A stretch of DNA of 61,929 nucleotides, filler included, from Basidiobolus ranarum (lineage: Eukaryota): the NCBI GenBank assembly GCA_040143965.1. It is 22 parts of 22 records of this genome, joined end to end, with 100 filler letters (N's around TTAATTAATTAA, not from the genome) between each part and the next. Parts side by side here need not be neighbours in the genome. Positions count along the whole stretch, not along the records: positions 11,318 to 14,043 come from JASJQH010009906.1; positions 14,144 to 16,866 come from JASJQH010009907.1; positions 16,967 to 19,689 come from JASJQH010009908.1; positions 19,790 to 22,512 come from JASJQH010009909.1; positions 22,613 to 25,333 come from JASJQH010009910.1; 17 more parts are not named here. One strand, given 5' to 3'. A program made the position numbers and the translations under genes. Positions 11,318 to 22,738 of the stretch are shown in pieces. Numbering within the stretch: the stretch's first letter is position 1; every line of letters starts with the position of its first letter. The notes beneath the pieces are model-generated. The model saw only the letters and a program-made list of their open reading frames with translations, had not been told where the DNA came from and searched no databases.

Positions 11318-14043
11318 AATGGTTGGATATGAATAGAGATCCTGTACGGTTAATTCAAATCCAGCTTTGTGAGCGACACCAACAAGTCTTATGGCTAGGA
11401 TAGAGTCACCTCCAATAGCAAAGAACGAATCATATACCCCAATGGAATTTATAGGAATATTAAGTACTCTCGACCATAGACTCGTCCAATGCTTCTCAGT
11501 AGGTGTCCTAGCTCCAACATACTCCCTGCCACTAGACTGATTTATTAGCATTAAATCAGCTTTATCGATGGTAGTATAGAAGGAGGCCAATAATTTACGA
11601 TCAATTTTATCACTCGTTGTGGTGGGCATCCGGTTGATTGGGATCCAAATAGTAGGCATCATGTACGAAGGAAGTTTGTTCCTAAGTAGGTGCCTTATCT
11701 CGACGATATAAGAGGTGGCTGTATCAAAATACACTTTCTTCAGTAATTCAATAGAGAGGCTATCATGGAACAATTGATCAAAGACAATGAAGGCAACAAG
11801 GACCTCATGATTGGTACTTTCATCAGTGACCAAGGGAAATACACAGACACTTATGACTTTGGAGTGACCATGAATTGCATGCTCAATCTCATCTAACTCA
11901 ATTCGAAAGCCGCGAATCTTGACTTGGTTGTCCTTTCTACCGATCAGCTCTACTGAGCCATCTTCATTAAATCGAGCAAGATCGCCAGTCTTGTACAATC
12001 GTTCCCCAACAACAAATGAAGTGGTTACGAATACTTTCTGTGTAAGATCTGGTCGGTTCAAATATCCCCGGGCTAATTGAGGTCCGGCAATACACAGTTC
12101 TCCTACTGTCCCAATAGGAGCGGGATAGTTATCGTGACCAAGGATATATATCCTGTTACTACCAATTGGCTTCCCAACATTACTACACGATGTATGCTCG
12201 TTCAGTCGAGGATTTACCAGGACATCCACTGCAGCTTCGGTAGGCCCGTAGGCGTTGCTAAGTTCTACGTACGGTATCCATATGTTACGGGCTATTGTTG
12301 TCATCATCTCACCACCCATCATCAGGCGCTTCACTGAGGGTATCTTAGTCGGGTCAATCAGTGTTGCAATAGTTGGAGTCAGCGTAATTGTTGTAACATT
12401 CATAGTATTTATACAATTCTCCAGATCAGAGATCAAGGTTTCCTTCGAAGTCAGTGCGATAGAAGCTCCAGCAGCAAGTGTACAAAAAATATCGATTACC
12501 GAAGCGTCAAAGGTATAATTGGCGAACTGTAGCACAGAATCATCGGGAGTGAGATTCCGTACTTTTCGAAGGGCTTGGATGTAATTGGCAACAGCGCAGT
12601 GTTCCAGCATGACTCCTTTTGGTGCCCCAGTAGATCCAGATGTATATAGTACATAGCACAGATTTGTAGGGCTAAGTTCTTTAACTTGCGGGTTTTCGTA
12701 TGAAGATGATTTGAGAGCTTCTTCGGTATCAAGGAGAATAAGAAGCTTGCTGCCGAAGTTTTGCTGGTATTTCCTTTCTGTCAACATGATCTGTGCTTGT
12801 ATCTCATCGAGAATAAAGTTATTTCGCTCAATCGGATTGTTTGGATCTAGCGGAACATATGCACCACCTGCTTTGAGTACTGCCAACATCGCCACTATCA
12901 TGAACACCGACTTGTCAAGACAAAGAGGTACCATTGCCTCTGGACGGACACCGAGTTCTATCAAATGATGAGCAAGTCTATTAGCTCTTTGGTTCAGATC
13001 CGCATAGGTGACATATTCAGATGTTTCAAACTGCACTGCAATATTGTCAGGATGAATGAGTACATTCTTTTCAAACAGGGAATGAATATAGGTAACTTCG
13101 GTATCACTGATGCTTTTGCCACTCCAACTATCCAATAGTACAGATTCATCAGATGTTATAATGCTCATATTTTTCACTAGAGTATAAGGGTCACTTAAAA
13201 TAGTTCTCAATGCTGCTATGAAATGGTTGACGATCCATCGTGCTTCAAACTCGGTTACTACCTGTTGGTTGTATGTTAATGAAATCTGGTGATTCGATCC
13301 TTGACTACTCAACTCCATCACGACGGGATAATTGGCAGGCATGGATGCTGTTATCTCTTTCAGCCCAATTGCTGCGAGGCTTTGCGTTGTGTCTACCTGG
13401 TCCAGATTCTGAATGACTATGAGAGAATCAAACAGGGAGCTTACACCTTCATCGCAGCAATGCTTGAGAATATCCTGTAATCCAACAGTCTGATGCTGGC
13501 CTTGTTCAATCTGAGTAGCGCGTATCAGCTTCATCAAACTCAAAAGAGATGAATCATCTGGCAAAGAGATACGAGTTGGCAGTGTATTGATACATGGGCC
13601 ACAGATATCTTGTATATCCTTGAGAGGAATATTCCTTCCCGAATTCACAGCACCAAACACAACATCTGAATTTCCAGTGTGTACTTTCAATACCATTGCC
13701 CACGCTAGGTAAGCGATTGTGGCCATTGTAATGGCATGAACACTAGTCAAAGAATTGAAATCAGCATTCAACTCCTCAGTAATTTGTGACGAACATTGAA
13801 GTTCTCCCAAACCAAAAGCTGATTTAGCCAAGTGTGTTACTGGTGCATTGTTAAGCGCTATTTTCCAAAAGTCAAGTGACTGGTTTTTATCCAACGACAA
13901 AATGTAATCGATGTACGTATTGTACGAAGGCCTAGAAGGTGTACTGATGTCTAGATATGCAGCACGAACGTCAGTTTCGATATGGTCCATAGACCAGCCA
14001 TCATAAAGGACATGATGAATGGTCCATATAAGATAGGTGGCTG
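11318..14043 (-). CDS. Nonribosomal peptide synthetase, internal C-A-T module (open at both contig ends)
   Basis: Frame is open upstream of the track start and gives the C-domain core HHVLYDGWS. A-domain motifs YTSGSTGAPKG, FDAS, NAYGPTE, GELCIAGPQLARGYL, YKTGDL, GRKDNQVKIRGFRIEL, LPSYMMP, DKIDRK; carrier motif FFAIGGDSI. No intron in 2.7 kb. Confidence 0.97.
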
Positions 14044-14143
14044 NNNNNNNNNNNNNNNNNNNNNNNNNNNNNNNNNNNNNNNNNNNNTTAATTAATTAAN
14101 NNNNNNNNNNNNNNNNNNNNNNNNNNNNNNNNNNNNNNNNNNN

Positions 14144-16866
14144 CCATGAGGTAATCTATTCAAGCAAGGATACATCTACTGATGGCAAGCCATTTATTGA
14201 CTGCAAGTTGGGGATATATTGGCTGAATTCTTTATGGAAATTTGCCAAAATCCAAGATCTTATTCTCATTGTGAACAATAACATGAGTCAGCTATTTGCC
14301 AAGTGTTGGTGCTATGCAAAATTTCAGATGTTTAGCAATTTTTCCACAGTTAGTTTGCAGGAAAAGCATACATATGTTGTTAAGTTATATCTAATCAGTG
14401 AAATATGTGCATATGTAAAGACTAAGCACAGCTAGATTCTTGCATTTGTTGATACTGAATATGGCTGGAATACAAAGCCAAAAATATCTAAATAAAGGCA
14501 TGCATATTGATTCAAATTGCTTCAGCAGTAAACCCAGTAATTTGCAATTGAAAATTGCTGGAAATTAAATGACACAGGCCAAATATGATGATCAATATTT
14601 CAACATGTATAAATACTGTCAAGATACCATCAAGAAGCTACCATCACATCAACAAAATTCTTGGCAGAATACAAGCCACCACAATTGTGATGGTTCCCCA
14701 ATAGTTTTGCAATTTGGAAGGGTGGATCCTATCTGGATCAAATCAATTCTATTTTTGTTAGGGCATTGTTTATGCACAAAAACAGCAGCCAAATTCAGTT
14801 CATGGACACATAGATGGTACCTCTATAATTTGAACTAATTGGTTTATGTGATAATCTGAAAGTACTTCTAGGAAGCATGCAAGACAGACTACTTGGTGAG
14901 ATAAATTAAGGTATGTAGTCTGGTTTTTTAGCCATGAGGTAATCTATTCAAGCAAGGATACATCTACTGATGGCAAGCCATTTATTGACTGCAAGTTGGG
15001 GATATATTGGCTGAATTCTTTATGGACATTTGCCAAAATCCAAGATCTTATTCTCATTGTGAACAATAACATGAGTCAGCTATTTGCCAAGTGTTGGTGC
15101 CATGCAAAATTTCAGATGTTTAGAAAATTTTCCACCATTAGTTTGCTGGTAAAGCATATTGATGTTGTTGAGTTATGTCTGATCAGTCGGGTATGGGCAT
15201 ATGTAGATGCTAAACACCACAACATTCTTGTCTTTTTGATTCTCATTATGGCTGGAATACAAAGAAAAAATATCTAGATAAAGGCATGCATATTAATTCA
15301 AATTCCAATAGCAGTAAACCTAGTAATTTGCCATTTGAAAATTACATAGCTGAAAAAATTGTTGGAACTTAAATATTGCATACCAAATATGAGGGTAAAA
15401 GTTTCAACATGTATGAAAATCATCAAAATACCATTAAGAAGCTACCATCACACCATCAAAATTCCTGGCAGAATGTGAGCCACCAATATTGTGATGGTTC
15501 TCTGATGGTTTTGTGATCCAAGGGGTGGATCCAATCCCAATCAATTTGACTTAATTTTTGTCAGGGTATCATGATGAAACACAAATGTTTAAAATAGCTG
15601 TTCTATTATTGTCACAAATTCTTGTGCTATGAAAGCTGGAGGCTTTCTAGAAAACATAATCACAAGTGTGCTCACAGAACAAAACCACCGGCTGCACAAA
15701 GCCAAGTGAATAACATCAGAAACAAGAGCAAAATATTGACTTTAGCTTTGCCCACTGAATCAACTTGCTGTGCTTTAGCTCAAAGAACTGGTAATACTAT
15801 CAATAGTCAAGATATCATGGAGTTCCCACAGTTATATGACCAGAACGATGTAGGTAGAAATGCAACCTTGGTTGAACCAGTAAGTCTAGGCAACTATGAC
15901 AACATGCTACTGGATGTTGAACTTGGTTATTGCAGTACTGATGGTTGTATATCAGAAGCTGAAGAAAAAGGCACAGACCTGGAACAAGTGGAAAACACTT
16001 GTCAATTGTGTGACTTATAATCCTTCAGTAATTTTACTACCTTCATGTCCAAATGGTTGTTTGGCTTTCACCAGTGATCTGATAAAGCTGAAGTCATGTA
16101 CTGTTTGCACTCAATTGGCCATCACTGAATGACGCAAATACTGCTCATTTTTGGCTTACATTCTGTTGATTCCCTGTCTTAGAGTATTGATGAAATCACC
16201 TAAGTATAGATCATTGATCCAATAGCAAAGTACTCATCACAAAGCTGATGGTATTACCAACACAGTGGATGGTTATCAGTACCAGAATCTGAAAGGTCAA
16301 CATTTGTTTGAGAGCACATATGATGATGCATTTGCACCCAAACAAAAATAAAATTGATTTGATCTGGATCGGATCCACCCTCCAAAATAGCAAAACTGTC
16401 AGAGAACCATCACAATATTGTTGGCTTGCATTCTGCCAGGGATTTTGATGGTGTGATGGTGGTTTCTTGATGGTATCTTAACAGTATTCATATATGTTAA
16501 AATATTGATCCTCAAATTTGGCATGCATTATTCAATATCCAGCAATTTTTGCAAAAATATAATTTTCAAATGGCAAATTACTGGGTTTACTGCTGTAGGA
16601 ATTCAAATTAATATGCATGCCTTTATTTAGATATTTTAGGCTTTGTATTCCAGCCATAATGAGAATCAAAAAATACAAGAATCTTGTTGTGTTTAGTCTC
16701 TACATATGCACATATTTGACTGATTAGACATAACTCAACAACATCAATATGCTTTACCAGCAAACTAACGGTGGAAAAATTGCTAAACATCTGAAATTTT
16801 GAATAGCACTGACACTTGGCAAATAGCTGACTCTTGTTACCATTCACAATGAGAATAAGCTCTTGG
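14144..16866. mobile_element. Cluster of four CACTA fragments
   Basis: Right arms (+) ending at 14763 and 15566, transposase N-terminal part 15567-16336 (SCPNGCLAFTSD..CTVC), and an inverted right arm starting at 16337. Confidence 0.88.
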
Positions 16867-17071
16867 NNNNNNNNNNNNNNNNNNNNNNNNNNNNNNNNNN
16901 NNNNNNNNNNTTAATTAATTAANNNNNNNNNNNNNNNNNNNNNNNNNNNNNNNNNNNNNNNNNNNNCAAGCAACTGATTGGCCTTAGACTTTGTGTTCAG
17001 ATGCAGTCACCATACTCCATATTTTCCTCTTTGGGAATTACTGCTTGTACCACAAGTCACCAGACTTTCAA

Positions 17072-17410
17072 CACAGTTGACATTTATAGATTTGTCAAGA
17101 TGTATACTAGCTAACATGTAGAATATATTAAGAAAGGTCTCAGGAACATGTGTGCAAAGTTTGGGGCTTCTGGCCCAAGTTTTAAAAAGCTATACATCTC
17201 AGAACCTCTAAGTTGGTAAAAATATTCTAAGTAAATTCCTCATGAGAATCATGGGTAATATCTTAGTGAAATACAAGATAACAAAGTACTAAGTTATATA
17301 TTGATATATACATGTTTAGACAATGCTAATTTCAACATAGAATATGTTTAAGCAGGTCCCAGAAACATGTGTACAAAGTTTGGGGCTTCTAGCACAAGTT
17401 TGAAGAAATC
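17072..17410 (-). repeat. Copia family B LTR fragments (one inside another)
   Basis: Homologous to 60817-61166; the first copy ends TTTCAACA at 17337 and a second partial copy follows. Confidence 0.75.
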
Positions 17411-18705
17411 TTCAGGAAAATATATAAACATTAATTTTTATGCGATTTCAAGAACATACATTAGATTCCTATTTGGTGCTAGTGGATATTGTATTGAATG
17501 TGTGGCAGAATGATGAACTTCGACACTGATTGGTTGAATAGGTACTCGCTCAGTTGTTGAAGTTAATTTTAATCATTGAGGTTCGTTCAAATACGCAGAT
17601 ATTCTCTAATTGCCTGTCTTAGGAAAATGCAGTTTCCATATGGGATTGTTTTCGGCAGGCATTCAACATGGTAGAAATATAAACTCTGCATTTCCACACA
17701 CTTTTGCTAACCCTAAGTGTTTACATAATTTTGAACTAAACTCCTATTCTAAGACCATAGTCCTAGTGTAAGTAAGCTTGGTTATGCTTATCCTATATGT
17801 CCAAGCAAGAACTCTTTATATATATTTGCATGTTGCGAGTATTTGCATTCATAAATTGGGGCTGTTGAATCCAAAAGGTGAAAAATTTCTCGAGGCTTTA
17901 ATAATGTCGCAATATAACTGGTTCTAATTTAGCTTGGAACTCTCCTCCATTAAGCCTATTCAGACATCCTTTGCTGTATTCTTTACACTAAAAGGCAACC
18001 AAAAGATCTAGCGATCTCAAAAACTAACACAAACCTACGTTCAACAACTGGATGTCAAATAAATACCACAATACTCTGAAATCAGATAACGACCAAAAAC
18101 ACGTGTTAACTCATGACAACTAATCATTGGAACTAGAAGTGATCGACCTTCTGGTTTCAGATCACAATGTGTGGTTAATTAACATGAGACCAGATCAGAT
18201 CAGACCAGGCACTCTTGCCCAGACATATACGAAACTTAACCCAACAAAATGTAGCCAGAAAGGTCGAAGTGGTTAGAATCCACAGCCATTCTGCCTAGGC
18301 TAAATACACTGATGGTGTTTAAAAAATATAAAGCGTGTAAGAAGTCAATTTGAAGAGAATGATGCTTATATTTTGAAAACATGGGTCTCCATACAAATGC
18401 TATGTTGACCAAAAGCTCGAGACCTGATTGGCCTACGACAATTATTTTCATTGAATGTAGCGTTGAACAAGGCCCCAACTATTTTTTTTATTTCAGTACA
18501 GATTGTTGAATCATATCATTTTTCCTACAAATTTGTATGGGTGAGTTTTCCCCCAATCGCCCCACATTTTATAGATTCTTAGCACCCCAATATTTTTTAA
18601 AATGTCATTCTTGCAAACTCGCGTGTGAGGATTTTACTCAAGCCTATCCCTGCCCAATAAACTTTGCTGGTCTTCTCTCTCCCTTAGTTCGGCATTTTCT
18701 GTATT

Positions 18706-19689
18706 ATGTTTAGCAACATTTCCAAGAGAGCTGTTAGAAACGTTTCCCGCGTTGCCACTCAGGTACATACTATATTAGATATTTGTGGTGGCAAGTTGAT
18801 ATGATACGAAACCATGATGCTTGTGATGTAAGGTTATGTGTATGAAATTCATCTTTCTTTTTCAATGTAGGCTCGCTTCAACTCTACCAAGGTTGCTGGT
18901 GAATTCTCGGTTAGTGTGTTTAGAAAAATAGCGCCGTTGTAGCCGAGAGTTAACTAACACTGTATTCCCAAATTCATTAGAGTCCTTTGAACAGACTTGC
19001 CACTGCCGGTGCTGCCGCCACTATTGGTGGAGTTACCACTTATGCTTATCTTAACAGTACCGTCATGGCTGACGCTTCTGCCGAAGGACTTCATCCTCCT
19101 GCCTTCCCTTGGTCTCATAATAGTCCTTTAAGCACTTTCGATCACGCTTCTATTCGCCGTGGTTATCAAGTTTACAAGGAAGTCTGTTCTACCTGTCACT
19201 CTTTAGATCGTATTGCTTTCCGTAACCTCATCGATGTTTCTCATACCGAAGATGAAGTTAAGGCATTGGCTGAAGAGATTGAGGTAGAAGATGGCCCCAA
19301 TGATGTTGGTGAGATGTTCCAAAGACCTGGTAAACCCTCCGACTACTTCCCTCGTCCTTATCCTAACGAGGAAGCTGCTAGAGCAGGTAATGCTGGTGCC
19401 TATCCTCCCGATCTCAGTTTGATCTTTAAAGGTAGACACGGTGGCGCAGATTACATTTTCGCCCTTCTTACTGGTTATGTTGACCCCCCAGCTGGTGTCG
19501 AGATTCGTGAGGGCTTAAACTTCAACCCTTACTTCCCTGGTGGTGCTATTGCCATGGCTCGTGTCCTGTATGATGGCCTTGTTGAATACGAGGATGGTAC
19601 CCCTGCTACTGCCTCTCAAATGGCCAAGGATGTCTCTACTTTCTTATCTTGGTCTTCCGAACCCGAACATGAAGAGCGTAAGAAGTAAG
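18706..19689 (+). CDS. CYT1: Cytochrome c1, mitochondrial (3' truncated by contig end)
   Basis: Exons 18706-18762, 18871-18909 and 18981-19684 splice in frame (GT-AG introns, CTAAC branch ~18955) and give presequence [26 protein letters not shown]. Heme motif [29 protein letters not shown] third intron starts GTAAG at 19685; the membrane anchor is not in the window. Confidence 0.97.
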
Positions 19690-19789
19690 NNNNNNNNNNN
19701 NNNNNNNNNNNNNNNNNNNNNNNNNNNNNNNNNTTAATTAATTAANNNNNNNNNNNNNNNNNNNNNNNNNNNNNNNNNNNNNNNNNNNN

Positions 19790-20853
19790 ACGTTACCGAG
19801 GGATTCACAAGCTTGTTGGACACGCTTGATCATAGTCTTCTCGGCTTCACGAATGAAGACACGTGGGTCGTAGTACTTCTTGTTGGGCTTGTCGGCACCC
19901 TCGGGGTTACCGATTTGTCCTTGAAGGTATCCCTTGTTCTTCTCGTAGAAGTTCTTGAGACCTTCCCAGTAAGCCCATTGAGTATCAGTATCAACGTTCA
20001 TCTTGATGACACCGTTGGAGACAGCGATCTCAATCTCCTTCTCGGTAGATCCAGAACCACCGTGGAAGACGAAGTAGACAGGCTTGTCAGATTCGCACTT
20101 CAATTGCTCCTTAACATAAGCTTGGTGGACACCCAAGATTTCAGGCTTGAGGACAACGTTACCAGGCTTGTAGACACCGTGGACGTTACCGAAAGCGGCA
20201 GCGATGGTGAACATGTCAGTGATGGTGGAGAAGTTGCGGTAAACATCCCAGATATCTTCAGGGGAAGTGAAGAGGGAGTCTTTGTCGACGTGGGAGTTAT
20301 CAACACCATCTTCTTCACCACCGGTGATACCGATCTCCATCTCCAAAAGACAACCCATAGGAGCAAGACGCTTCAAGTAGTCCATGCAGATAGCAATGTT
20401 CTCTTCCTTAGGCTCTTCGGAAAGATCCAACATGTGGGAGGAGAAAAGAGGTTCACCGTTAGCCTTGAAGTAAGCTTCATCAGCTTGGACCATACCCTCG
20501 AACCAAGGAAGGAGCTTCTTGGCGCAATGATCGGAGTGGAGGACAACGGGGATTCCGTATTCCTTAGCAACAGCACGGACGTGGTGAGCTCCGGCAATAG
20601 CTCCAAGAATACTGGCCTTTTGACCTTCGTTGGAGATACCCTTACCGGCGTAGAAAGCGGCACCACCGTTAGAGAATTGGACAATAACGGGGCACTTCAT
20701 GTCACGAGCAGCCTCGAGGCAAGAGTTGATGGTGCTGGAGGAGGTGCAGTTGACAGCGGGGATGGCGAACTTGTGCTCACGAGCATAGTCGAAAAGTTTT
20801 CTAAGGTTGTCACCAGTGACGACACCAGCGGGAACAATATCAAGAATACCCAT
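19790..20853 (-). CDS. FBA1: Fructose-bisphosphate aldolase class II, copy 1 (last few codons cut off)
   Basis: HSDHC, SSHMLDLS, FGNVHG, VFHGGSG, KMNVDTD, KYYDPR; intronless, strongly biased codons; TATAAA at ~20910-20916 on the minus strand. Confidence 0.97.
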
Positions 20854-21543
20854 GTTAAATTATAAAAGCTTATAGTTTGGGATAACTAAATTTTTTGAAC
20901 GAGAGCTTCATTTATAGACAATATTTTCAGCTATACTAGCGACATCTCTCACTTTGCATTGATGACAAAGATAGGCCTATTAAGGTCCATACCCGATTTG
21001 TATGCCGATAACCTGCATTCATCAAATCTCCGACTTCGTGAGATCTTCCTATTTGGCAGCTAAATACCTGGGCCAATTTTTATAGTATCTCTACACCTGT
21101 CTAGCCTTTGAGTAGATGAGAATTCGAATCGAAAGGCATTAAACCAATGATCTGATTAAGAATTTGTTGATATAACACGCGGATTCATTTATGGATACCT
21201 CTGGATACCCTTGAACTTGCTGGAAACAAGTATCTCCAATCACTTAACTGCATGAGAAATGGGCCAAAAGGGAAAGTAGTAAAAAAATATAATACGGATC
21301 GCATGAATAATACCAATTTTCTTTTCCTAAAACCCGGTATTAGTAGTCGATCATCTGGATTGACTATTGCTTGATATGGTTTGATGGAATATATTACGTA
21401 GGGAGTATTCCATTATAAAAACTTATCGTAATGACTATTCGATACTACTTAATACCAGGTTTGCCCGAAAATATGCTAAGAAACAGTTGTCGAAAATATT
21501 TCGTTTATTATATTCTACGGGGTTAAGATTTGTTTAGGAAAAT

Positions 21544-22512
21544 TTACAAGTTGTTGACGTTACCAAGAGATTCACAAGCTTGTTGGACACGCTTGATCAT
21601 AGTCTTCTCGGCTTCACGAATGAAGACACGTGGGTCGTAGTACTTCTTGTTGGGCTTATCGGCACCCTCGGGGTTACCGATTTGTCCTTGAAGGTATCCC
21701 TTGTTCTTCTCGTAGAAGTTCTTGAGACCTTCCCAGTAAGCCCATTGAGTATCAGTATCAACGTTCATCTTGATGACACCGTTGGAGACAGCGATCTCAA
21801 TCTCCTTCTCGGTAGATCCAGAACCACCGTGGAAGACGAAGTAGACAGGCTTGTCAGATTCGCACTTCAATTGCTCCTTAACATAAGCTTGGTGGACACC
21901 CAAGATTTCAGGCTTGAGGACAACGTTACCAGGCTTGTAGACACCGTGGACGTTACCGAAAGCGGCAGCGATGGTGAACATGTCAGTGATGGTGGAGAAG
22001 TTGCGGTAAACATCCCAGATATCTTCAGGGGAAGTGAAGAGGGAGTCTTTGTCGACGTGGGAGTTATCAACACCATCTTCTTCACCACCGGTGATACCGA
22101 TCTCCATCTCCAAAAGACAACCCATAGGAGCAAGACGCTTCAAGTAGTCCATGCAGATAGCAATGTTCTCTTCCTTAGGCTCTTCGGAAAGATCCAACAT
22201 GTGGGAGGAGAAAAGAGGTTCACCGTTAGCCTTGAAGTAAGCTTCATCAGCTTGGACCATACCCTCGAACCAAGGAAGGAGCTTCTTGGCGCAATGATCG
22301 GAGTGGAGGACAACGGGGATTCCGTATTCCTTAGCAACAGCACGGACGTGGTGAGCTCCGGCAATAGCTCCAAGAATACTGGCCTTTTGACCTTCGTTGG
22401 AGATACCCTTACCGGCGTAGAAAGCGGCACCACCGTTAGAGAATTGGACAATAACGGGGCACTTCATGTCACGAGCAGCCTCGAGGCAAGAGTTGATGGT
22501 GCTGGAGGAGGT
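21544..22512 (-). CDS. FBA1: Fructose-bisphosphate aldolase class II, copy 2 (5' truncated)
   Basis: Protein identical to copy 1 over the shared length; offset 1767 bp; ends GNVNNL*. Confidence 0.96.
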   Translation of the reverse strand, partial: TSSSTINSCLEAARDMKCPVIVQFSNGGAAFYAGKGISNEGQKASILGAIAGAHHVRAVAKEYGIPVVLHSDHCAKKLLPWFEGMVQADEAYFKANGEPLFSSHMLDLSEEPKEENIAICMDYLKRLAPMGCLLEMEIGITGGEEDGVDNSHVDKDSLFTSPEDIWDVYRNFSTITDMFTIAAAFGNVHGVYKPGNVVLKPEILGVHQAYVKEQLKCESDKPVYFVFHGGSGSTEKEIEIAVSNGVIKMNVDTDTQWAYWEGLKNFYEKNKGYLQGQIGNPEGADKPNKKYYDPRVFIREAEKTMIKRVQQACESLGNVNNL

Positions 22513-22738
22513 NNNNNNNNNNNNNNNNNNNNNNNNNNNNNNNNNNNNNNNNNNNNTTAATTAATTAANNNNNNNNNNNNNNNNNNNNNNNNNNNNNNNN
22601 NNNNNNNNNNNNATGTTCCGATTTGCAGCTAAGTGATATTTGACTAAATAATGTTGACTAACTAATAAGTGATATATGAAATAGTTAGGTGTATAAAGAT
22701 AGGGATAACATATATGATAAAGACAATAAACTTCAACA

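Noticed and set aside
14208-16847. Recurrent short ORFs such as MGIYWLNSLWKFAKIQ as a host gene family
   Set aside because: They are fragments of the CACTA right arm with stops at different places in each copy.
19813-22560. Long plus-strand ORFs (350 and 326 aa) opposite FBA1
   Set aside because: Antisense shadows expected from strong codon bias; no recognisable motifs.
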